Assembly (NCBI GenBank): GCA_904390925.1
Contig: CAJFMB010000001.1
Location: forward strand, 9,167-73,166
DNA from: an uncultured Subdoligranulum sp.
Lineage (GTDB): Bacteria > Bacillota > Clostridia > Oscillospirales > Ruminococcaceae
DNA: 64,000 nt
Direction: 5' to 3'
Positions 23,259-32,852 of the stretch are shown in pieces. Position 1 is the first letter of the stretch, and every line of letters starts with the position of its first letter. The notes under the pieces are model-generated. The model did not search any database, had not been told where the DNA came from, and saw nothing but the letters and a program-made list of their open reading frames with translations. Both the position numbers and the translations under genes were made by a program.

Positions 23259-23723
23259 ATGTCCATGTTCGAAGGCTTCAAAAACATGCTTGGCATCAAC
23301 CAGGACCCCGAGGACGACGAGTACCTCGACAACGGCGAGGACGAAGTCTTTGCCGGAAACAACCAGGGCCAGGCTGCCCAGGACGCCTACGCGCAGCCTG
23401 ACGCCAACCGTCAGCGCAACAACAAGGTTGTCAACATCAATGCAACGACCCAGCTGCAGGTGGTGCTGGTCAAACCGGAGCGCTTCGAGGATGCTTCGGC
23501 CATTGCCGACCAGCTCAACGCAAAGCGCACAGTTGTGTTGAACCTGGAGTCCACCAACAAGCAGGTCTCCCGCCGTTTGATTGACTTCCTGTCCGGTGTT
23601 GCCTATGCCAACAACGGCCAGATCAAGCGGGTTGCCACCAGTACCTTCATCATCACTCCCTATAATGTGGACATTATGGGCGACCTGATCGACGAGCTGG
23701 AAAACAATGGCGTCTTCTTCTGA
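23259..23723 (+). CDS. sepF: Cell division protein SepF
   Basis: Amphipathic N-terminus, KVVNI, PERFEDA, VVLNLE, RLIDFLSG, FIITP; AAGGAG RBS. Confidence 0.93.
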   Translation: MSMFEGFKNMLGINQDPEDDEYLDNGEDEVFAGNNQGQAAQDAYAQPDANRQRNNKVVNINATTQLQVVLVKPERFEDASAIADQLNAKRTVVLNLESTNKQVSRRLIDFLSGVAYANNGQIKRVATSTFIITPYNVDIMGDLIDELENNGVFF

Positions 23724-24519
23724 TGCTGCAAAACCGGTGCGCGGCTTTCTGCCCCCGCAGAACGATGCCGAACACCGGCTGATGCGCCGTGTGGAGGAAC
23801 TCTGCAACCTGGCCCGATCACGGGAAATCCCCCGGTATACCGGCTTTCTGTCGGATCGGGAACAGGTCCTGGCCCAGGCGGCCGCCAACCGTGCCGGGTG
23901 TGATTGCATCCGGTTCTGGGGCGGCTATCCCGGGGCCGAGCGGCAGGTCCTCTGTATCGAACCGCCGGAAGCCTGGCAGCAGGACCCGGTGGCCTGCCTG
24001 CGCATCACTGCCCATCTGGCTGCTGGACAGGCTGCCCCTCAGCACCGGGATCTTCTCGGTGCTGTTCTGGGTCTTGGCATAGAGCGTGTCTGCTTGGGCG
24101 ACATCCGCCCCGACCCGGACGCACCCGGCACCAGTTATCTCTTTTTGATGGAAGACAAAGTGGAGTTTGTAGCGGCAAACCTCTTTGAGGCGGGTCGGAC
24201 CCGTGTCTCGGCGGAGCCCTGTGATACCCCGCCGGAAACGGTTCTTGCCGAGCCGGAGCGGGAAATCCGCCAGGGCACAGTGTCGTCGCTGCGTGCCGAC
24301 AGTGTCCTGGGCGCCATGCTGCACATCTCCCGCGGACAGGCTGCTGCCCTGATTTCCGAGGGGCGCGTGGAGGTGGGGCATGTCCCGCTTCGCAGCGCCC
24401 ATGAACCGGTCTTTGAGGGAGATCTTTTCACGGTGCGCGGCAAAGGCCGGTTCCGCCTCTGTGAGGTGGGCGGCAAAAGCCGCAGTGACCGGACCTTCAT
24501 CCGGTTTTTCCAATATTGA
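23707..24519 (+). CDS. ylmH: YlmH-family S4 RNA-binding protein
   Basis: TGFLS, GGYPGAER, HRDLLGAVLGLGIER..GDI, SLRAD, S4 domain ending VRGKGR. Confidence 0.85.
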   Translation: MASSSDAAKPVRGFLPPQNDAEHRLMRRVEELCNLARSREIPRYTGFLSDREQVLAQAAANRAGCDCIRFWGGYPGAERQVLCIEPPEAWQQDPVACLRITAHLAAGQAAPQHRDLLGAVLGLGIERVCLGDIRPDPDAPGTSYLFLMEDKVEFVAANLFEAGRTRVSAEPCDTPPETVLAEPEREIRQGTVSSLRADSVLGAMLHISRGQAAALISEGRVEVGHVPLRSAHEPVFEGDLFTVRGKGRFRLCEVGGKSRSDRTFIRFFQY

Positions 24520-24612
24520 TTTTTTCCAAAGCCCCCGGCCCGCCCGGATGCCGGTTTGGGGCACTACTGTGTTTTGCCAATCCCGGACCGGGCCCAAGAG
24601 GAGGAATTGTTC

Positions 24613-25611
24613 ATGATCGCTTCGGAGGATGTACGCCGCGTCACGTTCGATAAGACCATGCGGGGCTATCGGTGCGAGGATGTTGACGACTATCTCAAGC
24701 AGGTGGCAGACAGTATGGATGCGCTCAGCGCAGAGAATGAGGACCTGCAGAAAAAGCTGGTGGTTCTGGCACAGCGCATCGACCAGTACCGTGCCGAGGA
24801 GGACACTTTGCACACCACGCTGATCAACGCGCAGCGCCTGGGCGAGAATGTCATCAAGGAAGCCAAACAAAAGGCTGCGGAAGTGATCCGTGCCGCCAAC
24901 ATCAAGGCGGAGGACCGGGAACAGCGTGCCCGCGACGAGGTGGAGCTGGCCCATCAGGAGCTGGCCACCATCCACAAGGAGACGACAAACTTCAAAAAGT
25001 CGCTTCTGGATATGTACCGCAAGCACATTGAACTGCTGAGCCAGATTCCCGCCGACCCGATGCCGGAGGCCGCCACCGCGGACCAGGCACAGGACAGCGC
25101 CGCACCGGCCCAGACGCCGGTCTATGAGACGCCCGCACCCGAGCCGGAGCCCGACCCCGAGCCGGCACAGCCTGCTTATCCGGAGGAAAAGGTGGAGGAA
25201 TATCCGCCGCAGCCGGATTACACCGAACCCCAGCCTCAGACCCAGACGCAGCAGGAAGACGAGTCCTACTACGAAGACCCGGAGGACAGCCTCCCGGAAC
25301 CGGGCGAGGAAAAGGTGGATACGGTGGAGTTCGCCATCGCCCCCAAACCGGATGAGCCGGAGGATCTGCGGGAAACCCCGCCGGACCCTGACCCGCAGCC
25401 GGTACGACAGAACAAATTCAAGCCCGGTGCAGGCCTGTACGATGTGCCCGGGGAGGAAGAGGAATCTCCCGCCCCCAAAAAGGCAACCCGCAGATCTACC
25501 CGCAGCAAATCCACCGGGACCAGCCGCAGCCGCGGCAAAAAGCAGCAGCCGTCTGACACCGGGCTGCCCGCATCATTTGACACCTTTGCTGGCGTTGACT
25601 TTGACAGCTGA
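24613..25611 (+). CDS. divIVA: DivIVA-domain protein with long low-complexity tail
   Basis: FDKTMRGYRCEDVDDYL and coiled coil; GAGGA RBS before ATG 24613; ylmH-divIVA-ileS synteny. Confidence 0.85.
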   Translation: MIASEDVRRVTFDKTMRGYRCEDVDDYLKQVADSMDALSAENEDLQKKLVVLAQRIDQYRAEEDTLHTTLINAQRLGENVIKEAKQKAAEVIRAANIKAEDREQRARDEVELAHQELATIHKETTNFKKSLLDMYRKHIELLSQIPADPMPEAATADQAQDSAAPAQTPVYETPAPEPEPDPEPAQPAYPEEKVEEYPPQPDYTEPQPQTQTQQEDESYYEDPEDSLPEPGEEKVDTVEFAIAPKPDEPEDLRETPPDPDPQPVRQNKFKPGAGLYDVPGEEEESPAPKKATRRSTRSKSTGTSRSRGKKQQPSDTGLPASFDTFAGVDFDS

Positions 25612-25743
25612 CGCCGTCTGATCCCCGCGAAAAACCAACGTGTCCGCCCGGCGGGCGCGTCGCAGGGCCATTTTGCCATTACAGCCCGTGACGGATTGTG
25701 GTGGGAAAGTGAAAGATAGAGGATATAGAGGAGTGTAGGAACT

Positions 25744-28518
25744 TTGGCACAGAATTACAACGACACCATCCATCTGCCGTCCACGCCGTTTGCCATGCGC
25801 GCCGGCCTGCCGAAAAAAGAGCCGCAGATGCTGAAAGACTGGCAGGAAAACCATGTCTATGAGCAGATGATCAAGAATAACGAGGGCAAACCCCGTTTCA
25901 TTCTTCACGACGGCCCGCCGTACGCCAACGGCAACATCCACATGGGCACGGCGCTGAACAAGATCATCAAGGACATCATCATCCGCTACAAGAATATGTC
26001 CGGCTACTGCGCACCCTATGTGCCCGGCTATGATACCCATGGTCTGCCCATTGAGCTGAAGGCTCTGGGCTCCCTGGGCGACAAGAAGTCCGGCGTTTCC
26101 AAGCTGGACCTGCGCAAGATCTGCAAGGAATTTGCCACCGAGCACATCGACGTGATGAACGAGCAGTTCCAGCGTCTGGGTGTTCAGGGCGATTTCGGCA
26201 ACCCCTACCTGACCCTGCGCCCCGAGTTTGAGGCCCGTCAGGTGGAGATCTTCGGTAAAATGGCCGAGAAGGGCTATATCTACAAGGGCATGAAGGCTGT
26301 CTACTGGTGCCCCGAGGACCACACCGCCCTGGCCGAGGCCGAGATCGAGTACGCCGAGGATGAGTGCGATTCCATCTATGTCCGCTTCAAGCTGAACAAG
26401 GACCCCAACGGTGTGCTGGCCAAGTATGGCATTCCTCTGGACAAGGCCTGGATCGTCATCTGGACGACGACCACCTGGACCCTGCCCGCCAACGTTGCCA
26501 CCTGCCTGAATCCCACCATCGAGTACTCCTTCGTCAAGATCGGCGACGAGTACCATATCATGGCTTCCGACCTGGTCAAGACCACCATGGAGGCCTGCGG
26601 CATCACCGACTATACTGTTCTGGAGCCCCGTGTGCCCGGCGCCGAGTTCGAGCGCATGGAGTACAAGCATCCCTTCCTGAACCGCCAGTGCCTGGTGATC
26701 CTGGGCGACCATGTCACGCTGGAAGGCGGCACCGGCTGCGTTCATACTGCTCCCGGCCACGGCGTCGAGGACTTTGAGGTCTGCACCCAGCACTATCCCG
26801 AGATTCCCGTTGTGGTGCCGGTGGATGAGGCAGGCTGCCTGACTGCCGAGGCAGGCGAGGAGTTCGCCGGCCTGAAGGTCTGGGCTGCCAACAAGGTCAT
26901 CCTGGAGCACATCAAGGGCACCGGCCATCTGATGGGCGTCAAGCACATCACCCACCAGTATCCCCATTGCTGGCGCTGCCATAACCCCATCATCTTCCGC
27001 GCCACCGAGCAGTGGTTCTGCTCCATCGACGCCTTCAAGGAGGATGTCTACAAGGCCATCGACAATGTGAAGTGGCAGCCCGCCTGGGGTCATGACCGCA
27101 TGGCCGGCATGGTCCGTGACCGCAGCGACTGGTGCATCAGCCGTCAGCGTGTCTGGGGCGTGCCCATCCCGGTGTTCTACTGCAAGAAGTGCGGCAAGTA
27201 TCACATCACCGACACCTCCATCAAGGCGATCAGCGATCTGTTCCGCAAGGAAGGCAGCGACGCCTGGTACAAGTATGACGCCAATGACATCATGCCCAAG
27301 GGCGAAGTCTGCGAATGCGGTGCCTCCGACTGGGAGAAGGACCCTGATATCATGGATGTCTGGTTCGATTCCGGCTCCACCTGGAGCGCTGTCTGCCGCG
27401 AGCGTCCCGAGCTGACCTGGCCGGTGGATCTGTATATGGAAGGCGCCGACCAGTTCCGCGGCTGGTTCCAGTCCAGCCTGCTGACCTGCGTTGCCACCGA
27501 GGGCATCGCCCCCTACAAGGGTGTTCTCTGCCACGGCTGGGTCGTTGACGAGCAGGGCAAGCAGATGCACAAGTCTGCCGGCAACGGCGTTGAGCCCTCC
27601 GAGCTGATCCGTGATTACGGCGCCGACATCGTCCGTCTGTGGGTTGCTTCCAGCGACTACACCGTCGACGTGCGCGCCGGCAAGGACATCTTCCGTCAGC
27701 TGTCCGAGGCTTACCGCAAGATGCGCAACACCGCCCGCTTCATGCTGGGCAACCTGAACGGCTTTGACCCCGCCAAGGATATGGTGGAGGAGAGCCAGCT
27801 GTTCGAGATCGACCGCTGGGCACTGGAAGCCATCCGCTCCCTCACTGCCACCGTGCGTGACGCCTACGATCACTATGACTTCTCCCGCGCTTACCACGCG
27901 ATCTATAACTTCTGCGTCATCGACATGTCCAACTTCTATATGGACGTGATCAAGGACCGCCTCTACTGCGCCGATGACCAGGCCCGCCGCTGCGCCCAGA
28001 CGGCTCTCTACCGCATTCTGGTGGACTTCACCCGTCTGCTGGCTCCCATCCTCTGCTTCACCAGCCAGGAAATCTGGAGCTATATCCCCAAGCTGCCCGG
28101 CATGAAGGAGTATGTGGTCTTTGAGCAGATGCCCGAAGTTACCGCCCCCTCCGACGAGGCCTTCACCGCCAAGTGGGACCGCATCATGGCCATCCGCGAC
28201 GACGTGAAGAAGGCCCTGGAGCAGGCCCGTGCCGACAAGAAGATCGGCTCCTCTCTGGAAGCTGCCGTCAAGCTGTACTGCTCCAGCGAGCTGTACGACT
28301 TCCTGAATGCCATCCCCATGGATGAGCTGGCAGACCTGATGATCGTTTCTCACATCTCGCTTGAGCAGGGTGAGGGTGGCGTCAAGGGCCTGGTGGACGG
28401 CCTGGGTGTCCAGGTGGAAACCGCTGTCGGCCAGAAGTGCCTGCGCTGCTGGAAGTACCATCCCGCCGTGGGCGAGGAGGGTCTGTGCCCGCGCTGCGCC
28501 AAGGTGCTCAAGGGCTGA
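25744..28518 (+). CDS. ileS: Isoleucyl-tRNA synthetase (type 1)
   Basis: HDGPPYANG, GTGCVHTAPGHG, DWCISRQR, EGADQFRGWF, C-terminal CLRCW..CPRC Zn finger; TTG start. Confidence 0.97.
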   Translation: MAQNYNDTIHLPSTPFAMRAGLPKKEPQMLKDWQENHVYEQMIKNNEGKPRFILHDGPPYANGNIHMGTALNKIIKDIIIRYKNMSGYCAPYVPGYDTHGLPIELKALGSLGDKKSGVSKLDLRKICKEFATEHIDVMNEQFQRLGVQGDFGNPYLTLRPEFEARQVEIFGKMAEKGYIYKGMKAVYWCPEDHTALAEAEIEYAEDECDSIYVRFKLNKDPNGVLAKYGIPLDKAWIVIWTTTTWTLPANVATCLNPTIEYSFVKIGDEYHIMASDLVKTTMEACGITDYTVLEPRVPGAEFERMEYKHPFLNRQCLVILGDHVTLEGGTGCVHTAPGHGVEDFEVCTQHYPEIPVVVPVDEAGCLTAEAGEEFAGLKVWAANKVILEHIKGTGHLMGVKHITHQYPHCWRCHNPIIFRATEQWFCSIDAFKEDVYKAIDNVKWQPAWGHDRMAGMVRDRSDWCISRQRVWGVPIPVFYCKKCGKYHITDTSIKAISDLFRKEGSDAWYKYDANDIMPKGEVCECGASDWEKDPDIMDVWFDSGSTWSAVCRERPELTWPVDLYMEGADQFRGWFQSSLLTCVATEGIAPYKGVLCHGWVVDEQGKQMHKSAGNGVEPSELIRDYGADIVRLWVASSDYTVDVRAGKDIFRQLSEAYRKMRNTARFMLGNLNGFDPAKDMVEESQLFEIDRWALEAIRSLTATVRDAYDHYDFSRAYHAIYNFCVIDMSNFYMDVIKDRLYCADDQARRCAQTALYRILVDFTRLLAPILCFTSQEIWSYIPKLPGMKEYVVFEQMPEVTAPSDEAFTAKWDRIMAIRDDVKKALEQARADKKIGSSLEAAVKLYCSSELYDFLNAIPMDELADLMIVSHISLEQGEGGVKGLVDGLGVQVETAVGQKCLRCWKYHPAVGEEGLCPRCAKVLKG

Positions 28519-28617
28519 TCCTGTCATTTTCAAAATATCACATGCGAACGGCCGGTTTTTCCGTATTTCGGAGGGACCGGCGTTCGGCTGAACATTTCCA
28601 ATTGTGAAGGAGCCCAA

Positions 28618-29118
28618 ATGCTGTACGGTATTCTCTCGGTGGCGGCAGCTGCGTTGCTGGTCGGCATCGACCAATGGCTCAAGGCATGGGCAACGGCCAA
28701 TCTGCTGCCCGTCGGTTCCATGCCGCTGATTCCCGGCATCATCGAGCTGCGCTACTCCCTCAATCAGGGTATGGCCTTCTCGCTGTTGTGGGGCAAACAG
28801 GGCTTTCTCATTGTGGTCACATCACTGGCACTGCTTGCCGTTACCGTCTACCTGTTCTGGAAGCGTCCGCCGCTGGTGGAGCGCATTGCCTGGACCATGG
28901 TGCTGGGCGGCGGCGTCGGTAACCTGCTGGACCGTGTCCTGTCCGGGCAGGTGGTGGATTATCTGAACTTCCAGTTTGTCAATTTCGCCATCTTCAATTT
29001 TGCCGATGTCTGTGTCACCTGCGGCATTGCACTGCTGTTTGTCTCTGTCCTTGTGGGAGAACTGCGCGGACGCAAAAATCCACCGAAAGAAGGCAGTGCC
29101 TCCGATGCAGACGCTTGA
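28618..29118 (+). CDS. lspA: Lipoprotein signal peptidase II
   Basis: DQWLK, NQGMAFS, GNLLDR, VVDY, FNFAD. Confidence 0.93.
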   Translation: MLYGILSVAAAALLVGIDQWLKAWATANLLPVGSMPLIPGIIELRYSLNQGMAFSLLWGKQGFLIVVTSLALLAVTVYLFWKRPPLVERIAWTMVLGGGVGNLLDRVLSGQVVDYLNFQFVNFAIFNFADVCVTCGIALLFVSVLVGELRGRKNPPKEGSASDADA

Positions 29119-30031
29119 ATTTACCGCTGCCCCCGAGGCAGCCGGCCAGCGTCTGGACCGGTTTCTGGCAGACCAGTGCGAGGGGCTGACCCGCAGTGCG
29201 CTGCAGAATCTCATTGAGCAGGGAGCAGCCGCTGTCAACGGCCAGCCGGTGCCCAAACGGTACAAGGTCCGGGCAGGGGACAGCATCGCCATCACCATCC
29301 CCGACCCGCGCCCGCTGGAGGCACAGCCACAGAATATCCCGCTGGACATTGTCTATGAGGATGCCCACCTGCTGGTGGTGAACAAACCCAAGGGAATGGT
29401 GGCGCATCCGGCGCCCGGCAACCCGGACGGTACGCTGGTCAATGCGCTGTTGTACCATTGTGCCGGGGAACTGTCCGGCATCGGCGGAGCCATCCGTCCC
29501 GGCATTGTGCACCGCATCGACAAGGATACCAGCGGCCTGCTGGTGGTTGCCAAGGATGATGCCACCCATCAGGGGCTGACCGAACAGATGAGTGTTCACT
29601 CCATCCACCGGGTCTACCATGCGGTGGTCTACGGCAATCTGAAGGAGGATTCCGGCCGGGTGGAAAAGCCCATCGGCCGTGATCCCCATGACCGCAAAAA
29701 AATGGCCGTCACCGATATTCACAGCCGCTATGCCTGTACCGACTGGCAGGTGCTGGAACGGTTCGGCAACTTTACTTACATTGCCTGCCGGCTGAAAACC
29801 GGCCGCACCCACCAGATCCGTGTGCACATGGCATCCATCGGCCATCCGCTGGCCGGCGATGCCGTTTATGGTCCCCGCAGCGTCATCAAGGCGCTGGACG
29901 GCCAGTGCCTGCACGCCAAGGAACTGGGGTTTGTCCATCCGGCAACGGGGGAGTATCTGCAGTTTGACTCACCGCTGCCGCCCTACTTTACTGCGTTTCT
30001 GACCAAGCTGAGAAAGGAAAGCCGTCCATGA
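29105..30031 (+). CDS. RluA/RluD-family pseudouridine synthase
   Basis: N-terminal S4 (RLDRFL), NKPKGM, HRIDKDTSG, GRTHQIRVH. Confidence 0.93.
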   Translation: MQTLEFTAAPEAAGQRLDRFLADQCEGLTRSALQNLIEQGAAAVNGQPVPKRYKVRAGDSIAITIPDPRPLEAQPQNIPLDIVYEDAHLLVVNKPKGMVAHPAPGNPDGTLVNALLYHCAGELSGIGGAIRPGIVHRIDKDTSGLLVVAKDDATHQGLTEQMSVHSIHRVYHAVVYGNLKEDSGRVEKPIGRDPHDRKKMAVTDIHSRYACTDWQVLERFGNFTYIACRLKTGRTHQIRVHMASIGHPLAGDAVYGPRSVIKALDGQCLHAKELGFVHPATGEYLQFDSPLPPYFTAFLTKLRKESRP

Positions 30032-30855
30032 TGCAGACGCTGCACGATTATCTAGTCTTTTGCGATATGGATAACACCCTGCTGACTGCCAAGGAAGGCA
30101 TTCCTTCCTGCAACCGCACGGTGATCAAGCTGTTCACCGAGCTGGGCGGCCGCTTTACCGTGGCCACCGGCCGGCCGCCGGCTTCCATCCGTGCTGCGCT
30201 GGGTGACATCAAGCTTTCGCTTCCGGCCATCAGCTGCAATGGCTCGCTGATTTATGATTTTTCCACCGACACCATCCTGCGCCGGGCAACGCTGGACCGC
30301 AAGCAGGCCACGCTGGCCATCGCTGATGTGATCCGCCAGTTCCCGCGCATCGGCGTCGAGGTCATGGCCCATGCGGGGGATATGTTTGTGGTTCAGGCCA
30401 ACGAGTATACCCATGCCCACCAGGTGGACGAGAAAATCCCCAGTGTGGCCTGCCCGCTGGACAGTGTCCCGGACGGCTGGGTCAAGGTGGTGTTTGCCAG
30501 CGATCCGGAAACCATCCGCAAATTGTCCCAGTATGCCAAGACCCGCTATTACGGACGGGAAAACTACTTCCTCGCCACCAACAACATCTATTTCGAGATC
30601 ATGCCCGGTGGGGTGGGCAAGGCTTCTGGCCTGCGGGATCTGTGCACCCTGCTGGGGGAACCGCTGCAGAAAACCATTGTGATCGGCGACTACTACAATG
30701 ATCTGGAGATCATGCGCACAGCCGGACACTCGGTTGCGGTGGCCAATGCGCCCGCTGAGGTGAAGGCCGCTGCCGATGAGGTGACCACCTGCACCTGTTC
30801 CGACGGTGCGGTGGGAGAGTATCTTTATCATCTGATCGACAAGGTCATGGGATGA
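30028..30855 (+). CDS. Cof-type HAD-IIB hydrolase
   Basis: DMDNTL, ATGR, K, GDYYND, VANA motifs. Confidence 0.9.
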   Translation: MMQTLHDYLVFCDMDNTLLTAKEGIPSCNRTVIKLFTELGGRFTVATGRPPASIRAALGDIKLSLPAISCNGSLIYDFSTDTILRRATLDRKQATLAIADVIRQFPRIGVEVMAHAGDMFVVQANEYTHAHQVDEKIPSVACPLDSVPDGWVKVVFASDPETIRKLSQYAKTRYYGRENYFLATNNIYFEIMPGGVGKASGLRDLCTLLGEPLQKTIVIGDYYNDLEIMRTAGHSVAVANAPAEVKAAADEVTTCTCSDGAVGEYLYHLIDKVMG

Positions 30856-30896
30856 TGGAAAATCCAGACAAAGCCCGGAAAGGGGAGGTGCCGCGG

Positions 30897-31370
30897 ATGA
30901 AAGTCAGTCAACTGCTCCACCGCAAAAGTGTGCTGATCCATGCCGATGTGCCGGATGCCTCCAACGCGTTGGGCATTCTGGTGGAGCTGCAGGAGGCCGG
31001 CGGTGTGATCACCAACGGCACCGCCTATTACAAGGCGGTCTGCGACCGGGAAATTACCGGCGGTTCCACTGCCATCGGGGAGGGAATCGCCCTGCCGCAT
31101 GCCTCCAATGCGGGGGTTGCGGCGCCGGGCCTTGCAGCACTCTGCCTGCGCCAGGGTGTGGACTGGGGTGCCGCGGACGGGGAACCGGTGGATCTGATCT
31201 TTATGATCGCCATGCCGCCCCATGCCCAGAGCGAACATCTGCTCATCATGGCCCGATTGGTGACGCTTCTTTCCGACCCCGAGCTGACAAATGCATTGCG
31301 TGGTGCTGTCTCCCGCGAGCGGTTCATTGAACTGCTGGCCCGGGCGGAAGCCGAGCGTTTTGCTGAATAA
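30897..31370 (+). CDS. Stand-alone PTS EIIA (fructose/mannitol/Ntr type)
   Basis: DRE...STAIGEGIALPHA, GVDWGAADGEPVDLIF, HL; GGAGGTG RBS. Confidence 0.85.
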   Translation: MKVSQLLHRKSVLIHADVPDASNALGILVELQEAGGVITNGTAYYKAVCDREITGGSTAIGEGIALPHASNAGVAAPGLAALCLRQGVDWGAADGEPVDLIFMIAMPPHAQSEHLLIMARLVTLLSDPELTNALRGAVSRERFIELLARAEAERFAE

Positions 31371-31380
31371 TGGTTTGTTG

Positions 31381-31422
31381 CAAGCCCCTCTGCCGGTGTG
31401 TACCGGCAGAGGGGCTTGTGTT
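31381..31422 (+). terminator. Intrinsic terminator
   Basis: CAAGCCCCTCTGCCGGT-GTGT-ACCGGCAGAGGGGCTTG perfect stem followed by TGTT. Confidence 0.8.
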
Positions 31423-31521
31423 ATGCAGCAATTTTTCTGAAAAAATGGACAAAAGCACCAAAAATTGTGCAGATCGCTGAATGACAGGAAATCCTGGCGT
31501 GATAAATTGTGGACTTGTCCA

Positions 31522-31550
31522 TTGCCAACCGGATTGCATCGTGATATACT
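31522..31550 (+). promoter_or_regulatory. Sigma-A promoter for ABC importer
   Basis: TTGCCA-17 bp-TATACT with extended TG. Confidence 0.7.
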
Positions 31551-31665
31551 TTAAAGCATTAAACCGGCACGGAAGAGAGGACATCACCTCTTTGATCTGC
31601 TGTACACAGCGGATTGCCCTGCGGGGGAGATGCTTCCGGCCGGGACAACAGGGGAGAGAAGAACT

Positions 31666-32712
31666 ATGAAAAAACTGATTTCTGTAATGACTGCTGCCTG
31701 TATGGCGTTGAGCTTTGCAGCCTGCACCGGTTCCGATTCCGGTTCCAGTTCGGACAGCACAGCCTCCACCTCCGGCTCCACTTCCGACACCACGGCAACC
31801 ACCGAGGAGAGCGGAGCGGCCGACGATACCGTCTATACGGTCGGTATCTGCCAGCAGATGCCCCATGAGGCGCTGGATTCCGCAACCCAGGGATTCAAGG
31901 ATGCACTGGTGGAAAAGTTTGGTGAGGACGGCATCGTCTTTGACGAACAGAACGCACAGGGCGATTCCAACACCTGCTCCACCATCGTCAACGGCTTTGT
32001 CTCCAGCGGCTATGACCTGATCATGGCCAACGGTACCAGTGCCTTGCAGGCTGCCGCCGCAGGCACTGCGGACATTCCCATTCTGGGCACCTCGGTCACG
32101 GAGTACGGCGTTGCCCTTGGCATTGACGGCTTCACCGGTACGGTAGGCGGCAACATTTCCGGTACCAGTGACCTGGCCCCGCTGGATGAGCAGGCCAACA
32201 TGCTGGCGGATCTGTGCCCTGTGGATCAGTATCCCAATGTGGGTATGCTCTACTGCAGCGCCGAGCCCAACAGCGAGTATCAGGTGGAACAGGTCACCAA
32301 CTACCTGACCGAGAAGGGCTACACCGTTGAGGACTACTCCTTCAGCGATTCCAACGATCTGGCAACCATCGCCACCAACGCGGCCAGCAACTGTGATGTC
32401 ATCTATGTTCCCACCGATAACACCGCAGCTGCCAATACCGAGATCATCAACAACATCTGCCTGCCCGCAGGGGTTCCCATCATCGCAGGCGAGCAGGGCA
32501 TCTGCAGTGGCTGCGGCATTGCCACCCTGTCCATCAGCTACTACGATCTGGGCTATGCCACTGGCGAGATGGCGGCCAAGATCCTGACCGGCGAGGCGGA
32601 TATCTCCACCATGCCCATCGAGTATGCCCCCGAATTCACCAAGATGTACAACCCCACCAACTGTGAAGAGCTGGGCATCACCGTGCCTGACGATTACGTT
32701 GCAATCGAGTAA
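31666..32712 (+). CDS. ABC substrate-binding lipoprotein (TrpX / putative Trp-Tyr type)
   Basis: Lipobox LSFAAC, Ser/Thr linker, VGICQ...HEALD...GF, NAQGD, SGTSD, YVPTDN. Confidence 0.88.
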   Translation: MKKLISVMTAACMALSFAACTGSDSGSSSDSTASTSGSTSDTTATTEESGAADDTVYTVGICQQMPHEALDSATQGFKDALVEKFGEDGIVFDEQNAQGDSNTCSTIVNGFVSSGYDLIMANGTSALQAAAAGTADIPILGTSVTEYGVALGIDGFTGTVGGNISGTSDLAPLDEQANMLADLCPVDQYPNVGMLYCSAEPNSEYQVEQVTNYLTEKGYTVEDYSFSDSNDLATIATNAASNCDVIYVPTDNTAAANTEIINNICLPAGVPIIAGEQGICSGCGIATLSISYYDLGYATGEMAAKILTGEADISTMPIEYAPEFTKMYNPTNCEELGITVPDDYVAIE

Positions 32713-32735
32713 CTGACAGTTATCTCCGGCATACA

Positions 32736-32783
32736 GCAGAAAAAGACGGGAGAAAGGACTTCCTTTTTTCCCGTCTTTTTGCT
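32736..32783. terminator. Long hairpin between SBP and permease genes
   Basis: AAAAAGACGGGAGAAAGG-ACTT-CCTTTTTTCCCGTCTTTTT. Confidence 0.65.
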
Positions 32784-32852
32784 ATACTATTATGGTCTAT
32801 AACCTTTTTTGGGGCTGACCGCCCCGAAATCACTGTGGGGAGGTTTTTTCTC

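Noticed and set aside
25612-25743. Possible T-box leader before ileS
   Set aside because: Only 132 bp, with no GGTGGNACC T-box sequence and no terminator with a U-tract.
25573-28674. 1033-aa antisense ORF opposite ileS
   Set aside because: Mirrors ileS codon for codon; typical stop-poor reverse frame.
31730-31830. Ser/Thr/Gly repeats in the ABC lipoprotein (also the PT repeats near 37030-37060)
   Set aside because: Ordinary low-complexity linkers, not CRISPR repeats or a contingency locus.
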